From positions 460,917 to 524,916 of the forward strand of contig NW_003526945.1 of NCBI RefSeq assembly GCF_000181795.1: 64,000 nt of DNA, in the 5' to 3' direction. Below, piece by piece: positions 27,235 through 41,966 of this stretch. The notes under the pieces were generated by a model. That model saw nothing but the letters and a program-made list of their open reading frames with translations, ran no database searches and had not been told where the DNA came from. Each line of letters starts with the position of its first letter. Positions within the stretch are counted from its first letter, which is position 1. This DNA is from Trichinella spiralis (Eukaryota). The position numbers and the translations under genes were made by a program.

Positions 27235-28830
27235 ATGAATTCTACTTCGATGCCTTTGGAAAAACAACTGCAAATTCTCTACAAAGATTTTCCCAAATCA
27301 CTGCTAAGACATTTAAATTTTTTTGATCTTCTTTGTACATCTATTGGCATCAACATTTTTTTTCTTGGTCTTGCTGCTTTGTATGCACTAACTTTTACAA
27401 ATTTGTATTTTAAAATAACTATAAGTTTTCTTATGCAGAAGCAACATCAGAAGATGGAAAATGCGTGGAAAATCTGATCAAGACTTTTTTCTTCCCTTCA
27501 TCCTTGCTTGGATTGGGTAAATCTTTTTATTTTCAGAGGCTACTTTTGTTTTTTTATTTAAACCACGTATGTAATTCATGAATAAAAACAGTAAACTTTA
27601 AACAACATTCAAAATAGGGCTTTGAACAACAGTTTGTTTCTCTTTGAACTTATTGTGATGCTGCAGTGATCTTTGTTCAGGTGTAATTTAAGAATTACAA
27701 TATAAATAATATAATACTGAATGTGCGTTATGGACTGGCAGTTTATCACTTAGAATAACACTTTGTATTAACTTTTGCAGAAGCTTTTTGTGGACTGTTT
27801 ATGGATTTTTGGTTACCAATTGGCAAATTGAATTAGTAAATGGGTACTTGACAGCAGCTAATTCAGTAGTGCTGATTGCTCTATATATTTATCGAATAAG
27901 AAAAGTACAGTTTTTATTTATGAATTTCAGCATGTATCATATTTTACAATTTAAGAAAAGTTTAGCAGCAGTCATTTTTATAACCGGCTTAGCTACAGGG
28001 TCGCTTCTGCTGCTTTTAACGCAGCTGCCAAACATTACTTCGGTGCATTTGGTTGGAAGTATTTGCTCATGTATACAAATTGGTTGCGCTTGTACAATGT
28101 TATACATGATTGTATGTATTTATATGAAAATTTTAATCTACATTTCTGTTGAAAATAACTGACTTCAGTAAACAGTAAGCATAAAAGTAAAACCATTTTT
28201 CTATAATAATAATAATAAATAACACCAAATTGAATTTATTTTAATTCAAGTATTTTAATGTTTAAAATCTGCTTAAATTTGTAATTCATTTTGAAACAGA
28301 GATCATTCTAAAAAATAATTCTTCTTGATGTCTTGTTTCTGATGAATAGTCAAAATTATAAATGACATAGATAATGATATCTGTACTAGTAATTCATAAT
28401 TTATTGCATTTTCCATGCATACTTTTAAAATAAAACGTCCACTTGCTTTGAAGGAAATTTAATTATGTTACATGATGACACTGAATATAGTACTGCAACT
28501 TTTTCTATAGGATTTTCAAAATGTCGAGCAATATTAATCAACCGGGAAATTTATTTTAGGTGTTGGCCATTAAAAAAAAAAGAATAGATTTTATTCCATT
28601 TCCTCCTGTTGCTCAAATTTTTAACATTGAATTCCAGGTTACCTTATACAGCATTTGGATAGAAGACTTTTACCTTTTAGTAAGTCTGTTTCTTAAAGTT
28701 AATTATTACATTAATGTAATTTAAGATATCAAATGGCATTTTTATGACAATAGATGGATTAGTTTTTCTTCTCTTTTTCATATATCCATCAGAACCAACG
28801 GTAAAAGAAAAAGCGGAATCTTTAATTTAA
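27235..28830 (+). CDS. SWEET/MtN3-saliva family sugar transporter, 6 exons
   Basis: Exons approximately 27235-27380, 27439-27516, 27781-27903, 27956-28111, 28560-28679, 28726-28830. Two MtN3-like repeats: IRRWKMRGKSDQDFFLPFILAWIGSFLWTVYGFL...LVNG and AIKKKRIDFIPFPP...YSIWIEDFYLLISNG...FFIYPS. About seven hydrophobic segments. Confidence 0.85.
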
Positions 28831-31800
28831 AGCAACTGATTACAGGTGAAACAAATTCTCTAGTTGTCAAAAAAACATTATTCATTTTTGTCTGAAATAA
28901 ACGTTTTTCAGAATTTGTTTCTTGTATTTAAAAATGTTCAGACTGCTGCAATTCTTGAAACTGAAATGTGAACAGTTGAAAGTTTCTTAACTTTTATAGA
29001 TTAGTGTAAAGTTTTCATCAAAGTTAACTAACTAACTTACAATCAAAGTAATAAAATGGCAGTCCATTTATGAGACAACGTTCAGTTTTGAGCAGTTTGT
29101 TCAAACTGGAAATTTAACTAAAATATAAAATGCAGTTTTCATTTTCCTTGCTTTATTTGCGCAGTTGTAATTATTTCACATGCAAAGTGAAATTTTATTC
29201 TTCCTTCTCTGCATTATAAATTGTCACAGGCCGCTCATTTGTGACATCTCTGGTTAAACTTTGTTTAAATAGATTTTTCTTGACAAATGTGATTTGTTAT
29301 TACGTTGACTTTGTTATAACATAGTCTGTTTCAAAGTAGAAATGCGATCAATTCTTTTCAGTATTGTACAAAGCGGGATAAGGACCTTATTAATTGAAAA
29401 ACATTTTTCTCTGTTATTATTTTGATTAAACTGGCCATTTGAATTTTGATATTCTGCTGTATGAGTGCATCGAAATGAAACGATTAATTAAAATTAAATC
29501 ATCATCATCTCAAAAGGTAAGCTATTTTGCTGAACTTTAGTTGCCAACTAAGAATTGTTCAATACTCAAATATACTAAATGCTGCTCTTTCTCTTTGGTA
29601 GACAAAATAACAAGCAGCAATCCAATTTTGTTCTAATTTAAATTTATATATAATATACAAATACTGGGAGAAATGTTAATTACATTATATATATATTATA
29701 ATGCACTGAATGTGCCGTGCAGTCTGTGAATTGAATTCAGCTCTTATCTGTACTTTTTTTTGTTTGTAATACGAAAAGCAGAGAATGAAAGTAATTCAGA
29801 AAATTAAATAGTTTTTAAATCAGATAAAAATGTGCAGTTTTTGGTAAACGTTGTACAAACTGATAATTTTTATCATTTGTGATATATCAAATACAAATTT
29901 TCGAAAAGCACTGTCTATTGGCAATTTACGTGGGATTCACCGAAAACCTACACTATGAAGCGAAAGTTTATGGAAAATTCGAAGAATCATAATTTGTACT
30001 TTATGCAAAGAAAATGATAGGTTGTGAGACCAATTGCTGCAGAAATGTCTGAATCAGTGTTATAAATAAAACGCAGTGCTGAGTAAATGTTTAAATCAAG
30101 GAATAGAGCAAAATTTGTATTCTTTACAATTATAAATTTAGGTTCTAAACTGCTGAAAATATACAATAATTGTGCACGCTTTAATTATGTCAGTTTCATT
30201 AATCCATAATAATTGCAAAGTAAATTAGGTAGTAATGAAATATTCATTTTACAATGCTTTATTTTTGTTTGAACGCAGACATCATGATTGAATAGAGAAG
30301 TTAGAAAATGTCCATTAATACCTAACTAGCAAGCGTAAATAACTTTTGAAAAGTATGGAAGCGACTGCACTATTTGAATAAGCTAGTATACTTCTACAAA
30401 TAGCAGTATATCCAAAAGACGCTGCTATACAATAGTAATAAGTATGAATATTTAACGAGAATATATTCCAAACTATCAATATATTGAATATTAGTTTAAA
30501 TTATTTCTAATGATATAATCTTAAAATAAATTACAAAAATTTCATGTCTACTTTTTAGATTAAATTGTTAGTAAAAATTGTTTATGCTGTTTTATTGGGT
30601 AAAAACATTTATCAAAATGTAACAATCAAAATTATGATATACTGAATTGGCAGTTGCATTGAAAACTGTTCTCATGATTATCATCAGTAATGTAAAATTT
30701 CTGGGATGAGTGATCATTGCGCATGCTTTATTGAAGGTTTTATATTGTGTAGAAATAATGTTTGAGTCTCAGTTAACATCTTACATCTGCTATTTTTAGT
30801 TTTATTTGAATATTCACAGGGAATACTATTCAAGTTTGCTTTCAACAGCTGCTGAACAAAAACAGCACATCAGGCAGCATTTTATTGCACCCAAAGGATA
30901 AGGAATGCTTTACTGTTGATGGAAACTGACAACATGCATTTGAAAAGTTAAGTTTCAACTGTGAGAGATGTATGCATTAAGTTTCAATTTAAATGCATGT
31001 ATGCATTTGAGAAAAATTAAAATGGAAACTTGTCGTTTTCAGCCATTTTGAGCAGTTCAACATCAGCTGCAGTTTGACAGAATGTTTTTAATGTATTGGG
31101 CAATGTGCCATGCACAATTTGCATTGAGCGTCAACATTTTTCAGGCGTGAGTGAGTGAGTGATGAAATTGAAAGTGCCACTGTGCATAGCGATCGAAAAG
31201 TTTGCCAGCTTATAAGCTATTTCTCAATTTTCAAAGTAACTTCTCACCGTTTCTGACATCTTGTCATCGAAGCTGCCGGCACAGTACTTTTCGGTTGTCA
31301 AGTTCACTTGCAGTATACAGCCAAATGAACATTGCTGTTACCCAGTAATGTGGCGCAAATTTGGTTAATCAATAAGATATAGACAAGCAATCTATTTAAG
31401 CAAAATACACCAACATTTTTCAGCTGCCTGCAATTTTATCCAACTTAAAAAGAAAAAAACAGATGTTTTGCAACAATTACCGTACATTCAAAACACACGT
31501 GGCGCTGAAGTCGCTATTCAGTTTCAAAACCAACCGCAAAGCCAACTATCAAGTAATTTGTCAATAATCAGCTGCGTGGTCAGCTACTGCATAACAGAAT
31601 GCATCTGAATGATAAATTTTACAGCTTACGCTGAACGTTACAATTGTTGCTTTACAATTTGCCTTTCCTCATACTTTACGTATTTGCATTGATTGTGAGC
31701 CAAGTTTAAACTGAAGCACCCTTTTTGGAAATGAATAACAACTGATGTAAAATTGGCTCAAAAAACTCATTTTGCTAGCTAATCTAAAATCACGTCTGCA

Positions 31801-32090
31801 GCAAACAGCGCAAGTAGGCTGTGGTAATCACGGTAACGAGCAAGCTTGAGATGCTTATATAATTCGATCGTTTTGATGATGCCGTTCGGTAAATGACGAT
31901 TCAAATCGAACTATAGAACCAGATAGACGTCACTGGCTGAAGCTAACCAATCTCTTAGCACTTATGCTATTTGGTTTGCACTGGGTGAAAAGCGATCGTC
32001 AAAGTAGTAAGTGAATGGTAAATCTGTCATTTGTGTAGTCGATGCGTTGGTGTTGATCATTGGTTTGTTTGTTCACGGTTGGTAAAGCAC

Positions 32091-35000
32091 ATGCCATTGT
32101 CAGCACGTTGTCTACTGCAACCGGAATCCATGTTTCGAGAATCCAAAACATGTCAGTCAATTCCACCTCGTGATCAGCATTTGTATGTAGCTTCTAACAA
32201 TAATGGACGCTATCGGCATTCTACTGGAAATGCTGCAGATGCGGGCCAAGCATCATCTTCAACCAAACTCACCCAAGTCAAACCAAGAATCAATTTATCA
32301 TTAGATAGTGATGATAACAGTATGAAGTTGCACAAATCGCATGCAGACAATTCAGAGTACTTTTCAAAATCTGAAAGTGATTGTGCTTTTGACAATGGAA
32401 ACAGACTTAATATTCTACCAGTAAGAAGAAAAAGCTCTAAAAGGCTTTTGCCACCAACACCTGTCTGCATAGCAAATGATTTGAAAGAATCTGTCATAGA
32501 TAGTGAAGATGATAGCTATCCTTCAAAGGAATCTCAGCTAACAGACGAATTATACAGCAGTGACATTTGTGATTCATCTACACCAAGTTCGACCGGTGAC
32601 GCGACAAATTTTTTGACTATACATTCCAGTCGTCGACGCAGCAGAATTCTTCCTACCGCTCCTATGCCCCAGATATCTAGACGTAGTGTGGAGTTGTCTC
32701 TAAGTCCTCGATATGGAACTCACAATGCAGAGGATTTTCTCAAACCTCCAAACGAGGCAGAAAGACGCCACAGCGCATCTAACGTACTTCATGCTTCAAA
32801 AATGGTCATTACCAGAAAACCGTCAATCGATAGTGAAAGTTTGGAAAGCTTTTTTGATAAATGCTCTCTCTCGTCGAGCAAAAGCAGGCAAGCAAAAGCT
32901 GATGATAATGAATCACATACATCCGCACATTTATTGCACAAAAAGACTAGTACTAAACTGGCGTCTTCTAGAAAAGTATCACGAAATGCAAGCAGTATAG
33001 AAATTCGCCCTATTTATGGTAAAATCCCACCCGCGTCATCCAGTGTACCTGACATTGCTAAGCAGCGAATTGTTACTCCAGTAGGACAAGAAGCTAAAAG
33101 GGGCTCTTGGCCAGGCTTGCTTTCTAAAGAAGGAACAAGTTTCTCTAGTGGCTTTGGTTTTCTTCATTTTTCTATTCAGTATTTTCCAGTTCGAAAACGT
33201 CTACGGGTACTTGTGATAAAAGCTGAGGGTCTTATATTGCCGACTAAGCGTGATATTGTATTGAATACGTTCCTGAAAATTTTTCTTTCACCTGGCAAGC
33301 AGCAAAAACAGCGAAGTCGCCGCCTAATCAAGCATGCTGAAGATGCCGTTTACAATGAGGAATTTTTTTTTGTCAATATCACAGAAGATGATATTAAAAC
33401 AAAATCTGTTGAAATTAGGCTTTGCAATCACGCAACAAAGCAGTTCCACAACGATCGCGTTATTGGTGAAGTAAAGCTTCCACTTCATGCTGTACCTCAG
33501 CTTTGGTCAAAACAAGAAATTCATTTTATACGCAATCTATCTCCGAAGCAAGTCAAGGTAATTGTGTTATAAATATTTTTATGCAAAAAAGTTTTGGAGG
33601 ATTTTATTGGATTCAAAGTTGACAGTGAAAAGAAATTTCTGAGTTATTTTGATGCAAAAAAATCTGCAATATTATGAAAAGCAAGCTTCATCGATCTCTT
33701 CTGACCGTTATTTTTATGCCTGGTGTGGGTGAGATGATGCTGATAAATAGCTCCCTCGAGGCGGTCGTTGTCAAAATATAAATAAACTAGCGACAAGAGA
33801 ACGAGTGTGGGAGGAGCAGTTTCGAGTTCAGAATATGCTTTACATTTTTATGTCAGTGCCAATGCAGCTTGAGATTGATTTCTTCACAGTAAATTAATTT
33901 GCTTCAAAATTTCAATATTTATCCAACTTGATGTATTTAACCTTGATAAAATAAAAGCACAGATGAAATGTATTACTCTATATCGACAGTCGTTCTTGCT
34001 TAAGAAGCTACACGAAAACAAAATTGATATCCGCTTCAGCTGACATTACATCCGCTTTCCTTGTTTACGTTTCAAGCACGTTTTTGACTTGAAAAATTTG
34101 CATTGCATCATCTACTTTCAAGTTTCAGTTTAAGTTTAGTGTATTCTTCAGAAATAATAAGCAGAGGAAAGGTCTACATTAGAGATTAAATTATCAATTT
34201 CTTATTATAATAGTTATGAAGATAAAATTAAATAAGATAGTTTGAGGTGCTGCTGTAGAGCAATTAGCGAAATAATCTCTTCAAATTTTGCACAATGCTG
34301 AAAAGAAATTGCAATATGTTGAATTGTAATGGCCTACTAAAGCTGTTTTGCGTTTTTTTTGAAAATCTTGAATTTTCTGAAGTTCCTTTATAGTGATGCA
34401 TTTTTTCCCAATGAGATTCAGTGAATTACGTCAATGTTCAATGCGCCGAAAAAATGTCACGATTTACTCTGGAAAACTTTAATTTTCTAACATTGGATCG
34501 ATTGCTTACCATTCTCTAAACTAGGATTACCTGCTGCAACTGAAGGGAGCTTTCCTCTCAACCTTTAATACTAACCAATTTAAAATTAGCCTGAAACTGT
34601 CAACCACTTTATTGGCATGTGAGCACTTTTTATATACACAAAAAATAGGGCGTATAACTGTTTTTTGCTTATAGCTAAGGCTGTTTTTCCATGAAAATAA
34701 GTCTGCCCTGATTATTTTTAAGCACAGCTAATTAGCTCTAACATCATCTCTCAGTCAAATAAATCTGCAGGGCCATTTCCATAGCAAATGTTCACCCTTC
34801 ATGGCTACTTTTAATATACGTGCATATCTTGTATGGTACTTTTACTGTTTGGTAAATCTAAACTGTATTATTTTGTGGTACCAGCATAAGCATATAACTA
34901 ATATTAAACTTGTACAGGTAATCCCTCCAGAGAAAATCGTGGCAAGATTTTCATCTGTAATAAAAAAGATATTTGTTGCACAATATTTTGTTTTGTGTTT

Positions 35001-36032
35001 TATTATTATATGAGTATGTGATTGATATCATTATGACAGAAGCATGCCATGAACAGTGAGCATAAGTTTTTAGTACTGCAGTTTACAGTGACGTTAAATA
35101 GCTTACTTCTCTACGTTAATTTTTTTTAGTGTAATAAAGTTATAAGAAAACAGAATAAATAAGATGAAGTCTGATTTATGTTTATTAATTGTTGAATGTT
35201 ACGTAATAAGTTGTTTTATGACGTTAAATTAAAGAATAGATTATAAATTAATTAAATCTTTTAGAAAAAAATAAGCTCATTTTGCCGATTTAAAATTCTC
35301 TACGCGGTAAGTTTAGCATACAATGGACTTTTTTAATTTCATAACTGAAAAACTCTTAAACAAATCAACAATTCTAACTGAAGCACCGTGTCATTTATTT
35401 TCAAATGAAGCTGTATATCTTCAGCAGTCGCAGTCAAAGTGAGCCAAAGAGAGATAAGAAATAATAAATAGAGAGACAAAAAATTGAAGCTAATCGATTT
35501 GCCCTTCACACTAGAAGCAGTTTCTTTATGCATACATGCTTTTCAATTTCATTTTATTTGATGAAAATGAATTAGTTTTCAAAGAGCTATTGATGATACT
35601 AAATGTTGCATCATGACTACGTAAGCTCTAGGCTTTCCTGTCTTAAATTTGTATACTGTTTTCCAAAAAATGAAATGCAGATGTGCATTCCGTTTTTCAT
35701 CTTATTTTCAGTTGCTTCAAAGCTTATTCATTATAATTGCACTTTATTAAATTTTGCCAGGAAAGCAGTTCTATAACACTGTATTGATGAACGAAAACAA
35801 TCAGTGCTCTTTATTAAAAGACGTGATTGAAAATTTAAAAATCAATACATCAAAATTGTTTCAGCAATACATTTTCTGCATGCTTAATGCTTATTTCAAG
35901 CATATCAACAAAAAAGCTGTTTTTTATTAATATTCTAAATTTATTTGTTAATTGTTTTTCTTTGCAGCTTTCTACATTAATGTTCTTTTTTGTTTTTTTC
36001 AAAAATCTGTTAGTTACACACACACGCACACG

Positions 36033-36085
<53 letters not shown>

Positions 36086-37895
36086 AGATAAAATGGAAAG
36101 TTAGAAAGGAAGAAAGTGTAAGCATATGTTAATGCATCTTCCTCGACTCTGGCAATTTTAAATTGAACTAAATAAGTAATTTCATTAATTTTTCATACAC
36201 TTGCATAATTTGTCTTAATCGCTTCGTCTGTTTGATTTCAGCTAACATCAGATTGCATGCCCCATAGTTTTATAATTATTTTTAGATAAATTTTTGCTTT
36301 GTTCACTGTAAATTCTGTTTAATTATAGAAACTTGGCCGTATTCACCTCGGAATCACTTTAGAAGCAAGTGCGCGTCGGTTAACAATTAACGTAGCAAAA
36401 ATTGACGACTTGCCCAAGTATGGAATCTATGGACCCCCAGGTATACAATAAATTTCATAGAAAATTTTGCTTTGATTTATTTGCATGTGTAGTTATACTG
36501 TATTTTAATAATTTTCAGTTTTCCACTTTGCTAAGCAGGTTGAAAATATAAAATGCATTCTAATTAATAAAATATTGATGCGTAACTAAATAATAGTTAT
36601 AGAAAGATAAATGTGAAAGTATTTTATATAATTCCTAGTAGCATTTAAATTATGTTTGCTTTATATTTTGCATAATGACTGTCATTAATCAATAATTATG
36701 AAAGGTTCGTTTTATAATCTTTACTTTTCATGCAAATAAAAAAAGCGAGCATTTCAACTGCCAACAAAGAAACCGGTATAGTTTTTGCAAATCAGATAAT
36801 TTCTTTTGTTATAAAAAAGCACTGATACAAAAGGCACAAAGAATTGCTTGAAATTATTATTTTATTAATTAAACTTTTGCTTTAAGAAAAAAAATGAAAT
36901 CGAACTAAGCTAATCTTATGCACAAACTATAAATTTGCTATTTTCCTTTTTTAGCTTCAGTTTATAAATATCTTGTCTTCGAATTGTTTGAATTAGACAA
37001 TATAAAACAATCCACAATCTAAATCATAGATTTTTCTTAATCACTTATATATTACTTAAGCGTTATGAAAGAAATACAATGTTAGTGAAGTTAAATATTA
37101 AACTGATAATATTAATGCATACTTTCAATTTTGCTAAGATTTAATTGAACATTTTAATTTAAATGTGCGTAATAATGAAGATAAGCATAAAGAAATGATT
37201 GTGCATTTTAAAAATAATCTCTAACTAATTAGAACACGCATAAAGAATATTCTACTGTTGCTTTTGAAATCAATTTTGTTTAATGCCATAAATGATTAAA
37301 TGCAGTGGTGAAATTTTATGAAGAATGGTTAATTTATTTGGCAGTTATAAATGAGTGAATTTTACATGCCAGTAAAATGTTCTTTAATAAAGTACTGCAT
37401 GTGAGAAAAGCATTATTAGGTGAAATTTAATAATTTTTAGTTAATATTATTATTATCCAACGGATGCGGTTGCCATTATTTAGCTCAGTTTGATATAGTT
37501 TACTTAGTGCTTGAAATACATGTCAGCATAACTGCAAATAGCCATATTGCCTTTGTAATTCTGTGACAAGGAAGCGCTGCACAAAATCGATTTCGTTACG
37601 AAATTTAGATTGAATCGAATCAAATCTTGCAAATTAGATTTTCAATGTTTGCTCAATAGTTTGAGCGCCCGTTTGCTTGCAGGTCACGGTGAAACGAGAC
37701 TTCCTAACTTAGCATTGCTGTAGCATCATAATTTTACAACAATTTCATGTGTAATTTAAAAATTATACTGTTAGTTTCTTCGAAATGTTCTGAATTTTCA
37801 AAAGATCTATTTATCTTCCGTAATTAGGTTGATAATAATCTTCATTTAATCATAAAACTGATGTTTAGAAATGAAAGGTTCGTTGAGGACTGGAT

Positions 37896-37942
<47 letters not shown>

Positions 37943-39800
37943 AACTTTCCAACTGTGTACCCTCATAAATCTCCAAAAATTGCAAAACGAAAAAGCTATA
38001 AATATCTCTACTCTTGCTTTGATTTAAATTGCTCTATTTGCATATGGTGAATAAGACAAAAGGCAAATAAATATGATGCTTATTCATTGAAATGTTTCAG
38101 TGATGTACAGAGCAATTGGCAAAATTTTTTAAAATATTCTTTTATCTAGCTGAACTTGGCATTCATTTAGATATTTTATGGGGTAATAAATCAATAGATT
38201 CCATTCATTAGGGTTAAACATCAAGTATGGAGCTAATAAATTATCTTTTAACCATCCAAACTACGCAAACTGTTAAGAGCTATTAAGACTTTAATCAATA
38301 AAAAAAGGAACGCTTGAAATTGTTTGCCAAGAAAATATACATGAACAACTGCGCGTTCAATAATTAGGTGGGAGTATTTCTTCACGTACTATTTAGCTTT
38401 TATTGGTTGTATATTGAAATAATTTTTTAACAACATTCGCATATTTAACAAAAACGATGTTGAATTGCATTAACCACGTTGTTGAATGTTTTCAACGTGC
38501 CTATCGTTTTATTCATCCTTTATTTTATTTGGATATGACTAATTAAGACTACCAGCTATGATCAAAAATTGTTGAACAAGACATAATAATAAAAGTTTAA
38601 ATAGCAGACAAAAAAGTAAAATATATTTACCAATACTTATGATGTCCAGTATTATGCTGCATAATTGAAAAGAAGATTGTTTAACAAGTCGATCCACTAA
38701 AATTCAAAGCGGACGCACATCATTCACTCCATTTTTGTAAAATCTGAATTAATTTCTTGGGTCAGACTTTAATTTGTTAATAAATTAGCATAGAATGCGC
38801 CGTTTGTTACTGATAAATATGGATCATCGAAATGTACCTTCTTCTATGTTTTTCCGTTCTATTGTGCTTTCTTATAATTATTATTATTACATTTTTTGTT
38901 GTTTAACAGTTATTCAGTATTTATTTTTTGATCTGTGCAGCAAAGACTTTTGCAATATCGATTTGGCTTTAAATTAGTTAAATTTAAAGTAAAATATGCC
39001 AGCGAAAATTTGATTTGTAGAAAGGATAAAATTGTTGAGAACCGAGTGCACTTTTATGAACAATTGCAACAAATTGTCCGCCAAATCAGATGCCTCTTTT
39101 AATTCCAATTTGGTTGATTATCTTTGTTAGCAGCATAGATTTGCATAGTGAGCGGAGTGTAATTCAAAAATGAAAACTTGACAAATAAATTTTTATCCGT
39201 TATTTTGGGGGAAACAAAAAAATGTTTACTGTATAAAAACTAATATGAGAGATAATGATTAGGCAAATCAATTCCATGACAGCTATAAATTGAAAATAAA
39301 TTTATTGATCAAGCTTTCTTTAAGTGAATACAACAAGCCATCAAATGTTGCGCCATGCAATGAATATGCTGTTTAATTAGATGATTTCAAAATGGGATTT
39401 GTATTATTAATTTTTTTCATTCTGTCAAGTGTAATAAAGGAATTAAGCATTGATATAATTGTTCAAATTGATTTCAGATCCATATGTACGTATTACATTG
39501 AATCAAAAACAAGTGACACAGTCAAAGCAAACTAGAACGTTGAAGAACACTTGCAACCCTGTGTTTAGAGAAGCTGTTATGTTCTTGGTGTCAGTTGGTG
39601 AAGAAGATTTGGAAAATACGAGTTTGGTAGTGTCCGTTATGGACGCTATACGACCAAGCTGTCCATCATCAGTAATTGGCGAAATAATTTTAAGCAAAGG
39701 TGCAGAAGAGAAATCCTGCGCAGAACAATGGAGAATGATGTTAGCTAGTCCAGGAAAAGAAATAAAAGCTTCTCATACCTTAAAAAATCCATCTGAATAA
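32091..39800 (+). CDS. Synaptotagmin-like tandem C2 domain protein with a long Ser-rich N-terminus
   Basis: Exons 32091-33557, 36329-36440 and 39478-39800 are in phase. C2A FGFLHFSIQYFPVRKRLRVLVIKAEGL...YNEEFFF...VIGEVKLPL. C2B LGRIHLGITLEASARRLTINVAKIDDLPKYGIYGPPDPYVRI...NTCNPVFREAVMF...QWRMMLASPGKEIKASHTL. Additional 5' exons are possible. Confidence 0.85.
36015..36086. repeat. Compound microsatellite (CA)n(TA)n(TATG)n, intronic
   Basis: Read directly. Confidence 0.9.
37898..37942. repeat. Compound microsatellite (CA)n(TA)n, intronic
   Basis: Read directly. Confidence 0.9.
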
Positions 39801-41966
39801 GTCGCTGTTATTAAAATTCATCCATGTATATTTTTGAAACGTTTTTTAAAACTACTTCTCTTGTAAATTTATTTGCTTATTCTATTTTATGATAAATGAA
39901 CTCATTTACTTACATTCCTACCCATTCATTTAAAATCATTGGTTATCAAGTACACTCACTTGAAACTTTTGTTTGCATTTATTCGAATTCAGATTTTCAC
40001 CATTCTCTGCTAATACATTTTGCATGAAATTTACAAAACTACCACATTCCAATGCTATAAATAAAAAGCTTTGCAATTTATAATGATTGAATGCAATTCA
40101 TTAAACCAGAACGGAATTTAAAAAATGTTATCAACTGCAAATATTATGTGTTTCAGCAACAACTACTCATATTACATTGCATAAATTACGGAATTTATGC
40201 ATGATTATTTTACATCGATAATAAAAAATCAAAACTAAGCATCATGTTTATTTGCAAATGCCAATACATATATGTACATCATTTTTAAAACTAACGATCA
40301 TTCTTTTGTAACTTTAGAATTTTCGCTTCGTAAAAACTTTCTTTAATGAAATTCTGCCAATGAAAATTTAAATGCTTTTCAGCAATAACAATAATTTACA
40401 AACAATGATTTGTCTGTGCTAATTTTTTCTTTTAGCTTTCAGTTCTTGGACTTTGTTTGCATTTTTGTAGTTGTTACGCGTTACAAATTTTGCATCGTAT
40501 TTTTATTTTGCTAGCATGACGTCATGCTTTCCTTGATCTTGCTTGTCTAATGGTAATATATGCAAATAAAGTGTTTCAGCCACGGGCTGTTTGCAATCAA
40601 ATAGCAAGTTTACGTTCAAAGACAGTAAACCACTAACTTCTGCGGGCGTTATTGTTTTTGTAGTTAACAACGCTTTGTCAGTCAATCATCAAAGTTGACA
40701 ATTGATATAATTATCTGATGTATCTAATTTATTAACTTATAAAATAAGATATTTTCCAGAAGTTTTCCTATCTATTTCAAAACTTTCTGCCATTGTAAAC
40801 AACCACTGTTTGCAGAGTTAGATAAAAGCTTTGAAATCAGCAAAAACTTATTTTTCAAAAAAGTAATCTTTTATAATTTGAAGAACAAAAAACGAGTGTT
40901 GTTACGTGTGCCATTGACCAGAAACGTTCCAGCTATTAATGAAGTGACAGTATTATCATCATTTGGCAGTTCTTATCATAGTAAAACATAAATGGCATTG
41001 GTTTCTTCTGTGCAATTCGTCACCTAAAAATGATGCTTACAATGCAGCAGCTTTGTCAACTTCAGTATAATTTTGAAGAGTAAACCTTTGAAATAATTTT
41101 CCTTGCATCCAAATTAAGATATGGGTATGTGAGCATTTCTTTATGTTAATTTACTGTGAGTTTCAGTTTAATCTTACAGTAATTTTTTTGTTCTGTGAAT
41201 GCAATAAAATTTCAGGATTTCAGAATTTCATGCTTTTATAACTGCTGCATTAAAAATTGTTTAGTTAGTCTGTTGCTCAAATTCATCAAATATTTTTATC
41301 TGAACATTGAAAAGGATTAGTAGGGAATCACACAACGATAGCATTAATAATTTAAAGCATATAAAAAATTTTTGTGTTGCATTCATTTACATTTAAAAAT
41401 CTAAAGCTATTTTATTTATTTTATTCAAATATTTCAATTTTTAGTCAATGCAAAAGAATGCTATTTGTATTTTAAAATGGCGTTTGCAACAAATACATGC
41501 TGACAATTAATTCCCTTGATGCATGGCTATGATAGCTGAGTCGACAATAGTGTAATATGTGTTAAAGTTAAAAAATGAATTAAGTTTGATAAAATTATTG
41601 ATGAAAACATTATGAACCGTTTGTTTGTGAGTTGAAAGTTACATAAGTACTGTGCGGCCACTTGCTAAGAAATGACTAGACAAATCAACGTCAGCCAAGT
41701 TTATGAGAAATAGTAAACAAGTCAGTTTTCATAGTTTAAAGCAAATTTCATCTTATCTCTAGATAATTACTTTTATGTGAGCGAATTGAAAGCAGCATTT
41801 TTCATCATATGAAACTCAAAGACAAATGCGCTTTTAAAGTAAACGTTTGATGTCTTTGGAAAAGATGCAACGACAAATAAAGCTTTATTTATCCATTTGG
41901 CACTGTTTTGATCATTTTTCAGTTGACTTTTAAAATGCTTGTTATCTTGTTTGAAAGTTCACCAAC

